From: an uncultured bacterium
GTDB taxonomy: Bacteria; Acidobacteriota; Aminicenantia; Aminicenantales; Saccharicenantaceae
Length of the DNA stretch: 64,000 nt
Reading direction: 5' to 3'
Assembly (NCBI GenBank): GCA_963805015.1
Contig: CAWDSL010000024.1
Span: 180,408-244,407 of the forward strand
Part shown: positions 19,555 through 29,095 of the stretch, one piece after another
How positions within the stretch are numbered: the first letter of the stretch is position 1
Layout of the letters: the number at the start of each line of letters is the position of its first letter
Made by a program: the position numbers and the translations under genes
The notes under the pieces: generated by a model
Databases searched by the model: none
What the model was told of the DNA's origin: nothing
The model's input: only the letters and a program-made list of their open reading frames with translations

Positions 19555-20657
19555 CGCTTCTTCAGGGCCTCGAGAAAGGGCTGGGTCAGGCTCGAGGACG
19601 AGAAGTAGACGACGCCGTCCCCGCCTAGAGCTTTGGTGATCCTCATCTCCTCGATCATGCCCTCGGGCGTGTTCTGGTTGTGGGAGGTCCCGATGCCGAT
19701 CCCCGGGCAGACGAGCGTCCCGCTCCTGGCGTAGCCCACGGCCTCGCGGGCCAGCGTCTCGTAGAGCTTCGCGTCATTCGTATAGAGCATGGGATTGAGC
19801 ATGTCGACGAGGCCCTCGCGGCCCCACGTCGCCCAGTCCTGCCCGATGGCCACCCGGGCGTTCACGGCGTCCGGGAAGACGGCGGCGCTGATCCGGACCT
19901 TCCGGCCGGTCGCCTTGAGCGCGGACCGGAGCTCGCGGACGAAGACGGTCACCCGGTCGGTGTTCCAGCGCAACCAGACGTTCCAAGCCGGGTTGCCCGT
20001 GTCGCGGGCCTTGACGGCCGCCATGTCGATGCCGGTGTCCGATTTGAAGAGGCGCAGGGTCTCCGGATCGAAGCCGAAGAACGGCTCGGTGGGCTCGCAG
20101 GGATAGCGGATGTAGTCGAGGTGGACCCAGTCCACGCCGTACTTCTCGACGACCTCGAGCATGAGGCCGATCTCGTAGGCCCGGACGGCAGGCAGGGCCG
20201 GATTGACGGCGCCGACCATCTCGCCCTTGGGGCTGCGGATGAGCCATTCGGGGTGTTGGCGGACCGGGCCGAGGAGTCCCGCTTCAGGGAAGACACAGAA
20301 CCAGGGATGGACCTCCATCTTTCTCTTTCGCGCCTCGGCCAGGAAAGTCTCGAAGAAGTCCCAGTTCCAGGCCGGGGCGGGGACCCCCGTCCCGCTCGCG
20401 TAATAGACGTGCCCGGAGGTGTCCTTGACCAGCATGATCAGGGTGTTGATCCCGGCTCGGGCGTAGTCGTCGAGGGTCGTTTGCATCTTCGCGACGGCGG
20501 CGGCCTTGTCGGGCCCGAAGAAGCCGGGGTGCATCCAGACGCCCCGGACGGGCATGGCGAGCGAGGCTTCGGCCGCGCCGCCGGAGCAGGCCGGCGCGAC
20601 GGTAGCGGCGAAGCCCATGAGAAGGAAAAGCGTCACGGAAAGAGAGCGGAACTTCAT
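19551..20657 (-). CDS. secreted lipoprotein, glycoside hydrolase-like family 10 (GHL10/DUF187-like TIM barrel)
   Basis: Lipobox ...APACSGG; 368 aa; the start overlaps the hyuB stop (ATGA). The family assignment is tentative. Confidence 0.55.
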   Translation of the reverse strand: MKFRSLSVTLFLLMGFAATVAPACSGGAAEASLAMPVRGVWMHPGFFGPDKAAAVAKMQTTLDDYARAGINTLIMLVKDTSGHVYYASGTGVPAPAWNWDFFETFLAEARKRKMEVHPWFCVFPEAGLLGPVRQHPEWLIRSPKGEMVGAVNPALPAVRAYEIGLMLEVVEKYGVDWVHLDYIRYPCEPTEPFFGFDPETLRLFKSDTGIDMAAVKARDTGNPAWNVWLRWNTDRVTVFVRELRSALKATGRKVRISAAVFPDAVNARVAIGQDWATWGREGLVDMLNPMLYTNDAKLYETLAREAVGYARSGTLVCPGIGIGTSHNQNTPEGMIEEMRITKALGGDGVVYFSSSSLTQPFLEALKKR

Positions 20658-22243
20658 CGGGAACCTCCTTCGCGCGATCCTCCGGGCTTGCCGTATCCGC
20701 CGCCGCCCGGGGTCTCGATCCGGAGGATGTCGCCGGGCCCGAGCTTGACGTTGACCTTGCCGCCGAGCGCCCTCGTCCGGCCCCGGGAGAAGACCGCGTT
20801 CCGGCCGGGCGCGGCCGGCTCGCCGCCCCGCGCCCCGTAGGGCGCGTAGCGCCGCCGCTCCGAGATGACCGTCAGGTCGACGGGGACACGAAACTCGTAC
20901 TCCCGGACGATGCCCTCGCCGCCGGGACAGGCTCCGCGGCCGCCCGAGCCCCGGCGCAGGCCGTAGGACCGGATCTTAAGAGGCAGGTAGTTCTCGAGGG
21001 CTTCGACGGGCGTGTTCAGGGAATTGGTCATGTGGGTGTGGACGCCGTCGAGGCCCGGGGCCGTCAGGGCGCCGCCCATGCCGCCGCCGATCGTCTCGTA
21101 GTAGGCGAAGTGCCGTTTCCGCGCAGGATCGTAGCCGCCGAAGGCGACGTTGTTCATCGTGCCCTGGCTGGCCGCCGGAATGCGGTCCGGGACGGCTTTG
21201 GCCAACGCTCCGAGCAGGACGTCGACGATGCGCTGGGAGGTCTCGACGTTGCCGCCGGCGCAGGCGGCCGGGAACTCGGCGTTGACGATGGAGCCCTTGG
21301 GCGCGCGGATCTCGATCGGCCGCATCAGGCCCGTATTGAAGGGGATGTCCTCCTCGACGAGGCAGCGGAAGACGTAGAGGACGGCCGAGCAGGTGATGGC
21401 GAAGTTGGCGTTGACCCCTCCCGCGGTCTGGGGCGCGGACCCGGCGAAATCGACGATGGCCCGGTCGCCGCGGACCTCGATCCGGACGGCGATGGCCAGG
21501 GGCCGGTCCGTGAAGCCGTCGTCGTCGAGACGGTCCTCGAAATCATACGTGCCGTCGGGAATGGCCCGCAGCGTCTGCCGCAGGAACCGCTCCGAGTAGT
21601 CCTGGATGAGACCGGCGTAGAGATCGACCCGGCCGGCGCCGAAGCGGGCCACCGCCTCCTCGAGCCGCGTCCGGCCGATCTCGTTGGCCGCCACCTGGGC
21701 CAGGAGATCGCCGCGCCGCTCGTCGGGCGTCCGGACGTTGGCCAGGAGAAGGTCGAAAACGCCCTGGTTCAGCCGGCCGCGGGCGTAGAGCTTGAGGGGC
21801 GGGATGATCAGGCCTTCCTGGAAGAGCTCGGTGGCGAGGGGCATGGAGCCCGGCGTCATGCCGCCGACGTCGGAGTGGTGGGCCCGGTTGGCGACGATGA
21901 AGGCCAGCTTGCCTCCGAGGAAGACGGGGGAGATGCAGGTGATGTCCGGCAGGTGCGTCCCGCCCCGATAGGGATCGTTGAGGATGACCAGATCGCCCTT
22001 CTCGAAGGTCACGGCCGCGAGCGCGGCCTGGACGGACAGGGGCATGGCCCCGAGATGGACGGGGATGTGGGAGCCCTGGGCCAGGGTGCCGCCGTCCCGG
22101 TCGAAGAGGGCGCAGGAGAAGTCCTTGCGCTCCTTGATGTTGGGCGAGAGGGCCGTCCGGCCGAGGACTGCGGCCATTTCCTCGGAGATGGCCACGAAGA
22201 CGTTCTTGAACAGCTCCAGCTCGATGGGGTCGACCTTCTTCAT
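20654..22243 (-). CDS. hyuB: hydantoinase B / 5-oxoprolinase subunit (HyuB family)
   Basis: 529 aa with hydantoinase_B type motifs (HIPVHLGAMP, DPYRGGTHLPD); overlaps the hyuA stop. Confidence 0.85.
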   Translation of the reverse strand: MKKVDPIELELFKNVFVAISEEMAAVLGRTALSPNIKERKDFSCALFDRDGGTLAQGSHIPVHLGAMPLSVQAALAAVTFEKGDLVILNDPYRGGTHLPDITCISPVFLGGKLAFIVANRAHHSDVGGMTPGSMPLATELFQEGLIIPPLKLYARGRLNQGVFDLLLANVRTPDERRGDLLAQVAANEIGRTRLEEAVARFGAGRVDLYAGLIQDYSERFLRQTLRAIPDGTYDFEDRLDDDGFTDRPLAIAVRIEVRGDRAIVDFAGSAPQTAGGVNANFAITCSAVLYVFRCLVEEDIPFNTGLMRPIEIRAPKGSIVNAEFPAACAGGNVETSQRIVDVLLGALAKAVPDRIPAASQGTMNNVAFGGYDPARKRHFAYYETIGGGMGGALTAPGLDGVHTHMTNSLNTPVEALENYLPLKIRSYGLRRGSGGRGACPGGEGIVREYEFRVPVDLTVISERRRYAPYGARGGEPAAPGRNAVFSRGRTRALGGKVNVKLGPGDILRIETPGGGGYGKPGGSREGGSR

Positions 22244-24262
22244 CGGGGGCCCGCCTTGCGGATGACCAGGTTGAGATACGGATCGACGCGGGCGACGAAG
22301 CCGGGAGGCAGGAAGGTCGTCGACTCGGGATCGATGACCAGGGCTGGACCCGGAACGACATTACCACTGTGGAGGTGGGTCCTGTCGTAGACCGCGCCCT
22401 GGCGGACCGCGCGCCCCGTGTGGATCTCTTGCTTCCTGACGACGGCCCGGGGATCGAGCGCGCCCGCTCTCGGCTCCCGGGCGAGCGGGAGCTTCGGGGT
22501 GACGGCCACGGCCTTGATCCGGAGGTTGACGATCTCGACCGGCCGGTTGTCATGCCGGTAGGAATAAAGCCGCTTGTGACGGCGGTGGAAGCTCTCGAGG
22601 AAGGCCCGGCCCAGCGTCCGGGCCCTCCGGTAGGGGACGTCGATCTCGTAGGATTGGCCGAGGTAGCGGCAGTCGAGCGAGCGCTCGAGGACGACGCTCT
22701 CGAGGGCGAAGCCGTCCTCGAGCATGTCCCGGCCGGCTTTTGTCCTCCAGGGTCCGGAATTCCGCGTCGAGCCGCGCCGGCGTGACCTGGGCGTCCGTCC
22801 TCATGAGCGACTTGGTGTAGTCCTTGACCGGGTCGGACATCAGCAGGCCGAAGGCCGAGAGGACGCCGGCGTTGCGCGGCACGAGGACGGTCCGCATGCC
22901 CAGGTGGGCCGCCATCTCGACGGCATGCATGCCGCCGGCCCCGCCGAACGAGAGGAGGGCGAAGGAGCGCGGATCGATGCCGCGCTCGACGGAGATGACC
23001 CGGATGGCCTTCTCCATATTGGCGTTGGCGATGGCCACGATGCCGAGGGCGGTCTCCGGGACCGACTTGCCGATGGCCCGCCCCAGGCGCGAGACGGCCG
23101 CCAGGCTCCGCTCCGGATGGATCCTCATCCGTCCGCCCAGGAAGAAGTCGGGATCGAGGCGACCGAGGCAGAGGTTGGCGTCGGTCACCGCCGGGAGGTC
23201 GCCCCGGCCGTAGCAGGCCGGACCGGGATCGGCTCCGGCGCTCTGCGGGCCGACCCGGAGCGAGCCGCCCCGGTCGGTGTAGGCGATGGAGCCGCCGCCG
23301 GCCCCGACGGAGTGGATGTCGATGATGGGAAGACGGATAGGGAAGTCGCCGACCCGGCTCTCGTGGGTTCGCCGGATGCCGCCCTCGATGAGCGAGACGT
23401 CGGTCGAGGTGCCGCCCATGTCGAAGCTGACGACGTTGGGGAACCCGGCGGCTTCGGCCAGCGCGCGGGCGCCGACGACACCGCCGGCCGGGCCGGAAAG
23501 GGCGGTGCGGATGGGCTCGACGCGGGCCCGGGCCGGGGAGATGTAGCCCTCGTTCGACTGCATGATGCGCAGGTCCGCGCCGCCGATGCGGCGGTCGAGC
23601 TCGCCGAGGTAGCGGTCCATGACGGGCATGAGATAGGCGTTGACGGACGTCGTCGCGGTCCGCTCGAACTCGCGGTACTCGGGCAGGAGCCGGCTCGAGA
23701 CGGTGAAGAGCAGGCCCGCCTTCTCGAGCTCCCCGGCCACGATCTCCTCGTTCGCCGGGTTGGCATAGGAGTGGAGGAGACAGACGGCGACGGCCTCGGC
23801 GCCCGAGCGCCCGATCTTCCGGACGAGCTCCCGGACCTCGGTCACCCGGACGCGTTTCTCGACCTCGCCCGAGGCCAAGGTCCGCTCGTGCAGGCCGAAG
23901 CGGCGCTCGGCCGGGATGAGCTCGAAGCGGCTCTCCGGCTGGAGGGCGTACAGGTTCCGGCGGGTCTGCCGGCCGATGGCCAGGACGTCCTCGAAGCCGG
24001 CTGTGGTGATCAGGGCGATGCGGCCGCCCTTCCGCTGGAGGAGCGCGTTGGTGGCCACGGTGGTGCCGTGAACGATGAAGACGGCAGGGGAGTCCTTGAG
24101 GATGTCGCCGACGCCTTCGAAGATGGCCAGCGACGGGTCCGCGGGCGTCGAGAGGACCTTGCGGTTGAAGAGGCGCCCGTCACGATAGACGACGAAGTCG
24201 GTGAAGGTCCCGCCGGTATCGACGCCGACGCGGACGCGGGCCGTAGGAGCTGCTTTCTTCAT
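22240..24262 (-). pseudogene. hyuA: hydantoinase A / oxoprolinase subunit (HyuA family), interrupted by a +1 frameshift at an A4 run (22738-22741 on the minus strand)
   Basis: The N-terminal 500 aa (VGVDTGGTFTDFVV...) run in one frame (track ORF 22550..24262). The C-terminal 160 aa (...LDCRYLGQSYEIDVPY...) run in the +1 frame (track ORF 22240..22725). Removing one A restores a continuous protein of about 673 aa. Confidence 0.8.
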
Positions 24263-24316
24263 GCTGGAGGCCTATTAGAACGTCATCGCCGGTTCGCTGT
24301 CAAGAAAGAGGCCGCC

Positions 24317-24751
24317 CTAATTTAATGAGAAGGGAGGCGTCGTGTTCAGCCCCTGGGACTGCCGCGCCAATTTCCAGTCGAGCAAGAGATAGAACGAAGA
24401 AAACACCAGCGACAAAAGAAAGGAGGGCATAAAGATAAACCAAAGCTCTCCATATTCACGAAAGGCAATTGCGTTGATGACGGCGCCAACCCCGTGAATA
24501 AAAATTATCAGAAGGGGTGAGCGGCTCTTTGTTCGCGAGGAAAAGTACGAGGTCATTAGGAACAGGGCCGTCACATATCCAATATAGAAGACCAGGAAAA
24601 CAAATAAACCCCCATCAGGGACCCACATCATCAAGTAAGACCATGATGTGAAGGCTTTCATGGGGCCGGATGTGCCATGAACGCCGGCGACAGCGATAAC
24701 TAGGCATGAAAACAATAAATATCCAAACGACCTGAGGAGCCTCTTTTTCAT
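24317..24751 (-). CDS. small hypothetical membrane protein (4 predicted TM helices) in a roughly 45% GC island
   Basis: 144-aa ORF with AT-rich codon usage unlike its neighbours. Upstream lies TTGACT-N17-TAATTA and an RBS GAGGG. Confidence 0.55.
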   Translation of the reverse strand: MKKRLLRSFGYLLFSCLVIAVAGVHGTSGPMKAFTSWSYLMMWVPDGGLFVFLVFYIGYVTALFLMTSYFSSRTKSRSPLLIIFIHGVGAVINAIAFREYGELWFIFMPSFLLSLVFSSFYLLLDWKLARQSQGLNTTPPFSLN

Positions 24752-24830
24752 GTAAAAGACCCTCTGGGGCAGAATCCAGCCTAATTAAAAACCCGGGAGG
24801 CGTCAAGTCAAGAGAACGATGGTTTGGAAA

Positions 24831-25049
24831 TCAGTGGCAGGTGCTGCAGGAGCCTGACGAGCAGCTCTTGCAGCTCGAAGAAGAAGCCTTGATGCGGCTG
24901 GACCCGCCGCCGATGCCGAAGCCCGAGATGAGCTTCCGGACGTCGGCCGACCCGCACTTCTCGCAGACGACGTCCTTCTCTCTTCCTGCGTTGACGAGGC
25001 ACTCGAACCTCTTCCCGCACTTCAGGCACGAGTATTCATAAAGGGGCAT
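24831..25049 (-). CDS. FmdB-family zinc-ribbon protein (CxxC-CxxC plus Ser-rich tail, TIGR02605-like)
   Basis: MPLYEYSCLKCGKRFE...CEKCGS and a C-terminal SSSSCKSCSSGSCSTCH; 72 aa. Confidence 0.75.
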   Translation of the reverse strand: MPLYEYSCLKCGKRFECLVNAGREKDVVCEKCGSADVRKLISGFGIGGGSSRIKASSSSCKSCSSGSCSTCH

Positions 25050-25180
25050 GTCCTTAATATTTTATCCGATTCATCGCCCCTGGTCTATACGGTCCGAAGG
25101 GCAAGTCGATGGACGGCCGCAGGTTAGAGGATCCGAGGGGATCGTTGGAGAGAGCATTGCGGTGATTTAGCCGTTCCGGA

Positions 25181-25300
25181 GATGGACGAGGGAAATTTCC
25201 TTGGAAATCGTCAAAACGTGTTTGAGTGAGGCTTAGCGCAAGCCGAGCGAGTTGTTTTGGCGCCGAGTCCGTCGAACGGAACGGCGTGAAAAATCATCGC
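25181..25300. repeat. copy A of a repeated structured intergenic element (about 120 nt; the hairpins carry compensatory changes relative to copy B)
   Basis: Aligns with the reverse complement of 43301-43420 at about 80% identity. Hairpin 1 is ATTTCC-tt-GGAAAT and hairpin 2 is GGCTT-AGCGC-AAGCC. The flanking segments CAAAACGTGTTTGAG and CGAGCGAGTTGTTTTGGCGCC are conserved. Confidence 0.65.
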
Positions 25301-25362
25301 AGCGAACGGAGAGGATCCCCGAGGATCCCTAGCGGCCGGTCGGAGAATGCTCTGTTGAGCGC

Positions 25363-25836
25363 CTACTTGACCAGGGCGATGGCCTCGATCTCCACCTTGA
25401 CGTCGCGCGGCAGCCGGGCCACCTGGACCGCGGCCCGGGCCGGGTTGGGGGCCTTGAAGAACTCGGCGTAGACGGCGTTCATCTTGGCGAAGTCGTTCAT
25501 GTCCTGGAGGAAGACGGTCGTCTTGACGGCGTCGTCGAGCGACGATCCGGCGGCCTCGAGGACGGCCGACACGTTCTTGAGGACCTGGCGGGTCTGGTCC
25601 TCGATCGAACCGGTGTTGAGCTCGCCCGTGGCCGGGTCGATGGGGATCTGCCCCGAACAGAAGACGAACCCGTTGGCGACGATGCCTTGGGAATAAGGGC
25701 CGATGGCCTTCGGCGCCTTGTCGGTCTGGACTTGTTTCTTCACGATCTTGCTCCTTCCGATGCCGGCGAAAACCCGGGACACGGCGGCGGCCGCGAGCCC
25801 CGTTGCGGCGAGGAATCTCCGTCTATTCAATCTCAA
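25363..25836 (-). CDS. RidA/YjgF family enamine/imine deaminase with a twin-arginine signal peptide
   Basis: [25 protein letters not shown] Tat motif plus a YjgF/chorismate-mutase-like core (PYSQGIV...VFCSGQIP). Confidence 0.8.
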   Translation of the reverse strand: MRLNRRRFLAATGLAAAAVSRVFAGIGRSKIVKKQVQTDKAPKAIGPYSQGIVANGFVFCSGQIPIDPATGELNTGSIEDQTRQVLKNVSAVLEAAGSSLDDAVKTTVFLQDMNDFAKMNAVYAEFFKAPNPARAAVQVARLPRDVKVEIEAIALVK

Positions 25837-25870
25837 CGCTCCTAACCCCGATGGGGAACCTCCCCCGTGA

Positions 25871-27325
25871 TCAGGACGACAGGCCGTCGAGGGCCGTCGT
25901 CAGGAACTTCCAGAACTTCCCGACCGAGCCGATGTGGACGTGCTCCTCGGGCGAGTGGGGGTTCTTCATGGTCGGCCCGAACGAGATCATGTCCATGCCG
26001 GGGAACTTTTCCCCGATGATGCCGCATTCGAGCCCGGCGTGGACGGCCACGACCTCGGCTTCCTTGCCGAAGGCCTTGAGGTAGATCTCCTTCAGCTTCT
26101 TGAGCAGCGGCGAGTCGAGGTTGGGCATCCAGCCGGGGTAGCCTCCGTGGAGCTCGATCCGGGCCCCGGCCAGGGCGCAGACGGACTTGATGACGTCGCG
26201 GGTGGCCTCGAGGGCCGAGGCGACCGAGCTGCGCGTGCTGCAGAGGACCTGGAACTCCTTCGGACCGGTCTTGACGATGGCCAGATTGGTGGAGGTCTCC
26301 GTCAGCCCGGGGATCTCGGGGTGCATGGCGATGACGCCGTGCGGTATGGCGACGAGGAAGTCGAGCAGGGTGCGCTGGCAATCCTGGGTCAGGGCGAAGT
26401 CCTTGCCCGCGACGGGCTCGAGGGTGTAGGCCGCGCCCGGCTCGACGGCCTTGAATTCCACCTGGATCTTGTCGAAGGCCTTCTTGAGGGCGTTGGTCAT
26501 CGCCCGGACCTGGACCGGCGGGCAGGCCAGCACGGCCACGGCCTCGCGGGGGATGGCGTTGTGCTTGCTGCCGCCCTCGACGCTCACGATCTCGATCTTG
26601 GCGGCCGCCTGGGCCTGGACGAGGACCCGGGCCAGGAGCTTGATGGCGTTGCCGCGGCCCTGGTTGATGTCGAGCCCGGAGTGCCCGCCCCGGAAGCCCT
26701 GGACGTGGACCTTATAGAGGTTCTTGGAGGCGCTCTTCTTCCGTTCGAGCGGCAGGACCAGGGTCGAGTCCGCGCCGCCGGCGCAGCCGATCGTGAAGGT
26801 CCCCTCGTCCTCGCTGTCGAGGTTGAGGAGCATCTTGCCGGCCAGGAAGCCCTTCTGGATCTTGTTGGCGCCGGTGAGGCCGGTCTCCTCGTCGACCGTG
26901 AACAGGAACTCGAGCGGGCCGTGGACGAGCGACTTGTCCTCCATGACCGCCAGGGCGGAGGCCAGGCCGATGCCGTTGTCCGCGCCGAGCGTCGTGCCCT
27001 GGGCGTAGACCCATTCGCCGCGGATCTCGGCCTTGATGGGGTCCTTACAGAAATCGTGGACCGTGTTGGAGTTCTTCTCGCAGACCATGTCGAGATGGCC
27101 CTGGAGGATGGCCCCGACGGCGGCCTCGCGGCCGGCCGTGGCGGGCTTGGAGACGACGACGTTGCCGACCTTGTCGCGCTTGCCCGGGAGGCCGAGGGCC
27201 GCGGCGACCGAAAGGACGTAATCCCCGAGGGCCTTTTCGCTGCCCGAGCAGTGGGGGATGGTCAGGATCTTGGCGAAATGCTTCCAGAGAAGCCGGGGGT
27301 CGAGCTCGTTGAGAGAGTTGGCCAT
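25871..27325 (-). CDS. pepD: aminoacyl-histidine (Xaa-His) dipeptidase, M20C family
   Basis: The start was reassigned to the internal ATG ([14 protein letters not shown]...) with RBS GGAGAA; about 484 aa; the M20 metal ligands are in context. Confidence 0.8.
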   Translation of the reverse strand: MANSLNELDPRLLWKHFAKILTIPHCSGSEKALGDYVLSVAAALGLPGKRDKVGNVVVSKPATAGREAAVGAILQGHLDMVCEKNSNTVHDFCKDPIKAEIRGEWVYAQGTTLGADNGIGLASALAVMEDKSLVHGPLEFLFTVDEETGLTGANKIQKGFLAGKMLLNLDSEDEGTFTIGCAGGADSTLVLPLERKKSASKNLYKVHVQGFRGGHSGLDINQGRGNAIKLLARVLVQAQAAAKIEIVSVEGGSKHNAIPREAVAVLACPPVQVRAMTNALKKAFDKIQVEFKAVEPGAAYTLEPVAGKDFALTQDCQRTLLDFLVAIPHGVIAMHPEIPGLTETSTNLAIVKTGPKEFQVLCSTRSSVASALEATRDVIKSVCALAGARIELHGGYPGWMPNLDSPLLKKLKEIYLKAFGKEAEVVAVHAGLECGIIGEKFPGMDMISFGPTMKNPHSPEEHVHIGSVGKFWKFLTTALDGLSS

Positions 27326-27419
27326 ACGATTCTCCTTATGGATGGATATTGCGAGGAAAGGGCATGATGCCACAAAAAAGCGGTGGATTCAAGCCGACCC
27401 GCCGGGTATAATCCTGAAG

Positions 27420-28340
27420 ATGAGAACGCTCGCGCGGTCCCTTCTCGCAGGCCTCTTGGCCGCGACCTCCCTGAGCGCGGCCTTGCCGGCCGCGGCCCGG
27501 ACGCGCATCCTGGCCACGGTCTTCCCGCTCCAGCAGTTCGCGGCCGAAGTCGCCGGGGAGAGGGGAGAGGCCTCCCTCCTCCTGCCGGCCGGCGCCGGGG
27601 TCCACACCTGGCAGCCGCGGCCCGGCGACATCACCCGGCTGGCCGAATGCGACCTCCTGGTCTTCATCGGTTCCGGGCTGGAGCCCTGGCTGCCCAGCCT
27701 GCTCAAGGCCTTCCCGCCGGGGCGGTTCAGGACCCTCGAAGCCGCGGCGGGCCTCGCCCTCGAGGAAAGCGGAGAGGAGCCGGGACACGCGGACGAGCAC
27801 GATCACGGCCTTCTCGATCCCCACGTCTGGCTCGATTTCGAGCTCGACGCCCGGATCGTCGACGCCATCGCGGCCGAGCTCGGACGCATCGACCCGGACG
27901 GCATCCCCCTCTTCGCGGCGAATGCCGCGCGGCTCAAGTCCCGCCTCGCGGCCCTCGACGCGAGCTACCGCGCCGGCCTGGCCGGATGCCGCGGCCGGAC
28001 GCTCGTCCTGGCGGGGCACCACGCCTTCGGCTACCTCGTCCGGCGCTACGGCCTCGTTCAAAGGGCCCTCTTCGGCCTCAGCCCCGATTCCCAGCCCCGT
28101 CCCCAGGACCTCATGGCGGCCGTCGACTTCTGCAAGGCGAACGGCATCAAGACGGTATTCTTCGAGAACTCCGTCCCCCCCGATCTGGCCCGGACCCTGG
28201 CCCGCGAGATCGGCGGCCGGGTCCTCGCCCTCCACGCCGGGCACAACCTGACCCGCGACCAGCAAGCCGCTGGCGTTGGCTTTTTCGACCTGATGGAAGA
28301 GAACCTGTCCCGCTTGCGGGACGGCCTGGGGTGCCGGTGA
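27420..28340 (+). CDS. znuA: zinc ABC transporter substrate-binding protein (His-rich loop)
   Basis: The start is at MRTLARSLLAGLLAATSLSAA (signal peptide); His/Asp/Glu-rich loop EESGEEPGHADEHDHG. A TATAAT lies 7 nt upstream of the ATG, so the gene is probably leaderless. The GGCATGATGCC palindrome upstream is a possible Zur-type operator. Confidence 0.8.
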   Translation: MRTLARSLLAGLLAATSLSAALPAAARTRILATVFPLQQFAAEVAGERGEASLLLPAGAGVHTWQPRPGDITRLAECDLLVFIGSGLEPWLPSLLKAFPPGRFRTLEAAAGLALEESGEEPGHADEHDHGLLDPHVWLDFELDARIVDAIAAELGRIDPDGIPLFAANAARLKSRLAALDASYRAGLAGCRGRTLVLAGHHAFGYLVRRYGLVQRALFGLSPDSQPRPQDLMAAVDFCKANGIKTVFFENSVPPDLARTLAREIGGRVLALHAGHNLTRDQQAAGVGFFDLMEENLSRLRDGLGCR

Positions 28341-28344
28341 GCCG

Positions 28345-29088
28345 ATGGACCTGATCGTTCTTCGAGGGGTCTCTTTCCGATACGACGGGACCCCCGTCCT
28401 CGTCGACATCGACCTGGCCATCCGTGAGGGCGACTTTCTGGCCATCATCGGCCCGAACGGCTCGGGCAAGACGACCCTGGTCAAGGTCATCCTCGGCCTC
28501 CTGCCGCCATCGGCGGGCGAGATCAGGCTCTTCGGGCGCGCCCCGGCGGAATTCACCGATTGGGGCCAGATCGGCTATGTGCCGCAGAAGGCGACCCACG
28601 TCGATCCGTTCTTCCCCGCCTCGGTCGAGGAGGTCGTGGGCATGGCCCTCATGGCCGGCCCTCGCACGGGGAGCCCGTCGGGCCGGGACGCGCGCGCCCG
28701 GGTCCGCGAAGCCCTCGAGCATGTCGGCATGGGCGGATCGGCCCGGACGCCGATCGGCCGGCTGTCGGGGGGGCAGCAGCAGCGGGCCTTCATCGCCCGG
28801 GCCCTGGTCACCTCGCCCCGCGTCCTCTTCCTGGACGAGCCGACGACCGGCGTCGACGCCGACAACCAGACCTCGTTCTACGAGCTGCTCGACCGCCTGA
28901 ACCGGGACGAGGGCCTGACCATCGTCCTCATCACCCACGACATCGGCATCGTCAACAAGCACGTCACGAGCGTCGCCTGCCTCAACCAGCGCCTGTCCTA
29001 CCACGGCAGCCACGCCGAGTTCTGCCGTTCGGACGCCTTCCGCGACATGGTCACCCGCGGCGACCACCTCATCGCGCACGAGCACTGA
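28345..29088 (+). CDS. znuC: zinc ABC transporter ATP-binding protein
   Basis: Walker A GPNGSGKTT, ABC signature LSGGQQQR, Walker B LLFLDEPT. Confidence 0.88.
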   Translation: MDLIVLRGVSFRYDGTPVLVDIDLAIREGDFLAIIGPNGSGKTTLVKVILGLLPPSAGEIRLFGRAPAEFTDWGQIGYVPQKATHVDPFFPASVEEVVGMALMAGPRTGSPSGRDARARVREALEHVGMGGSARTPIGRLSGGQQQRAFIARALVTSPRVLFLDEPTTGVDADNQTSFYELLDRLNRDEGLTIVLITHDIGIVNKHVTSVACLNQRLSYHGSHAEFCRSDAFRDMVTRGDHLIAHEH

Positions 29089-29095
29089 CGGACCC

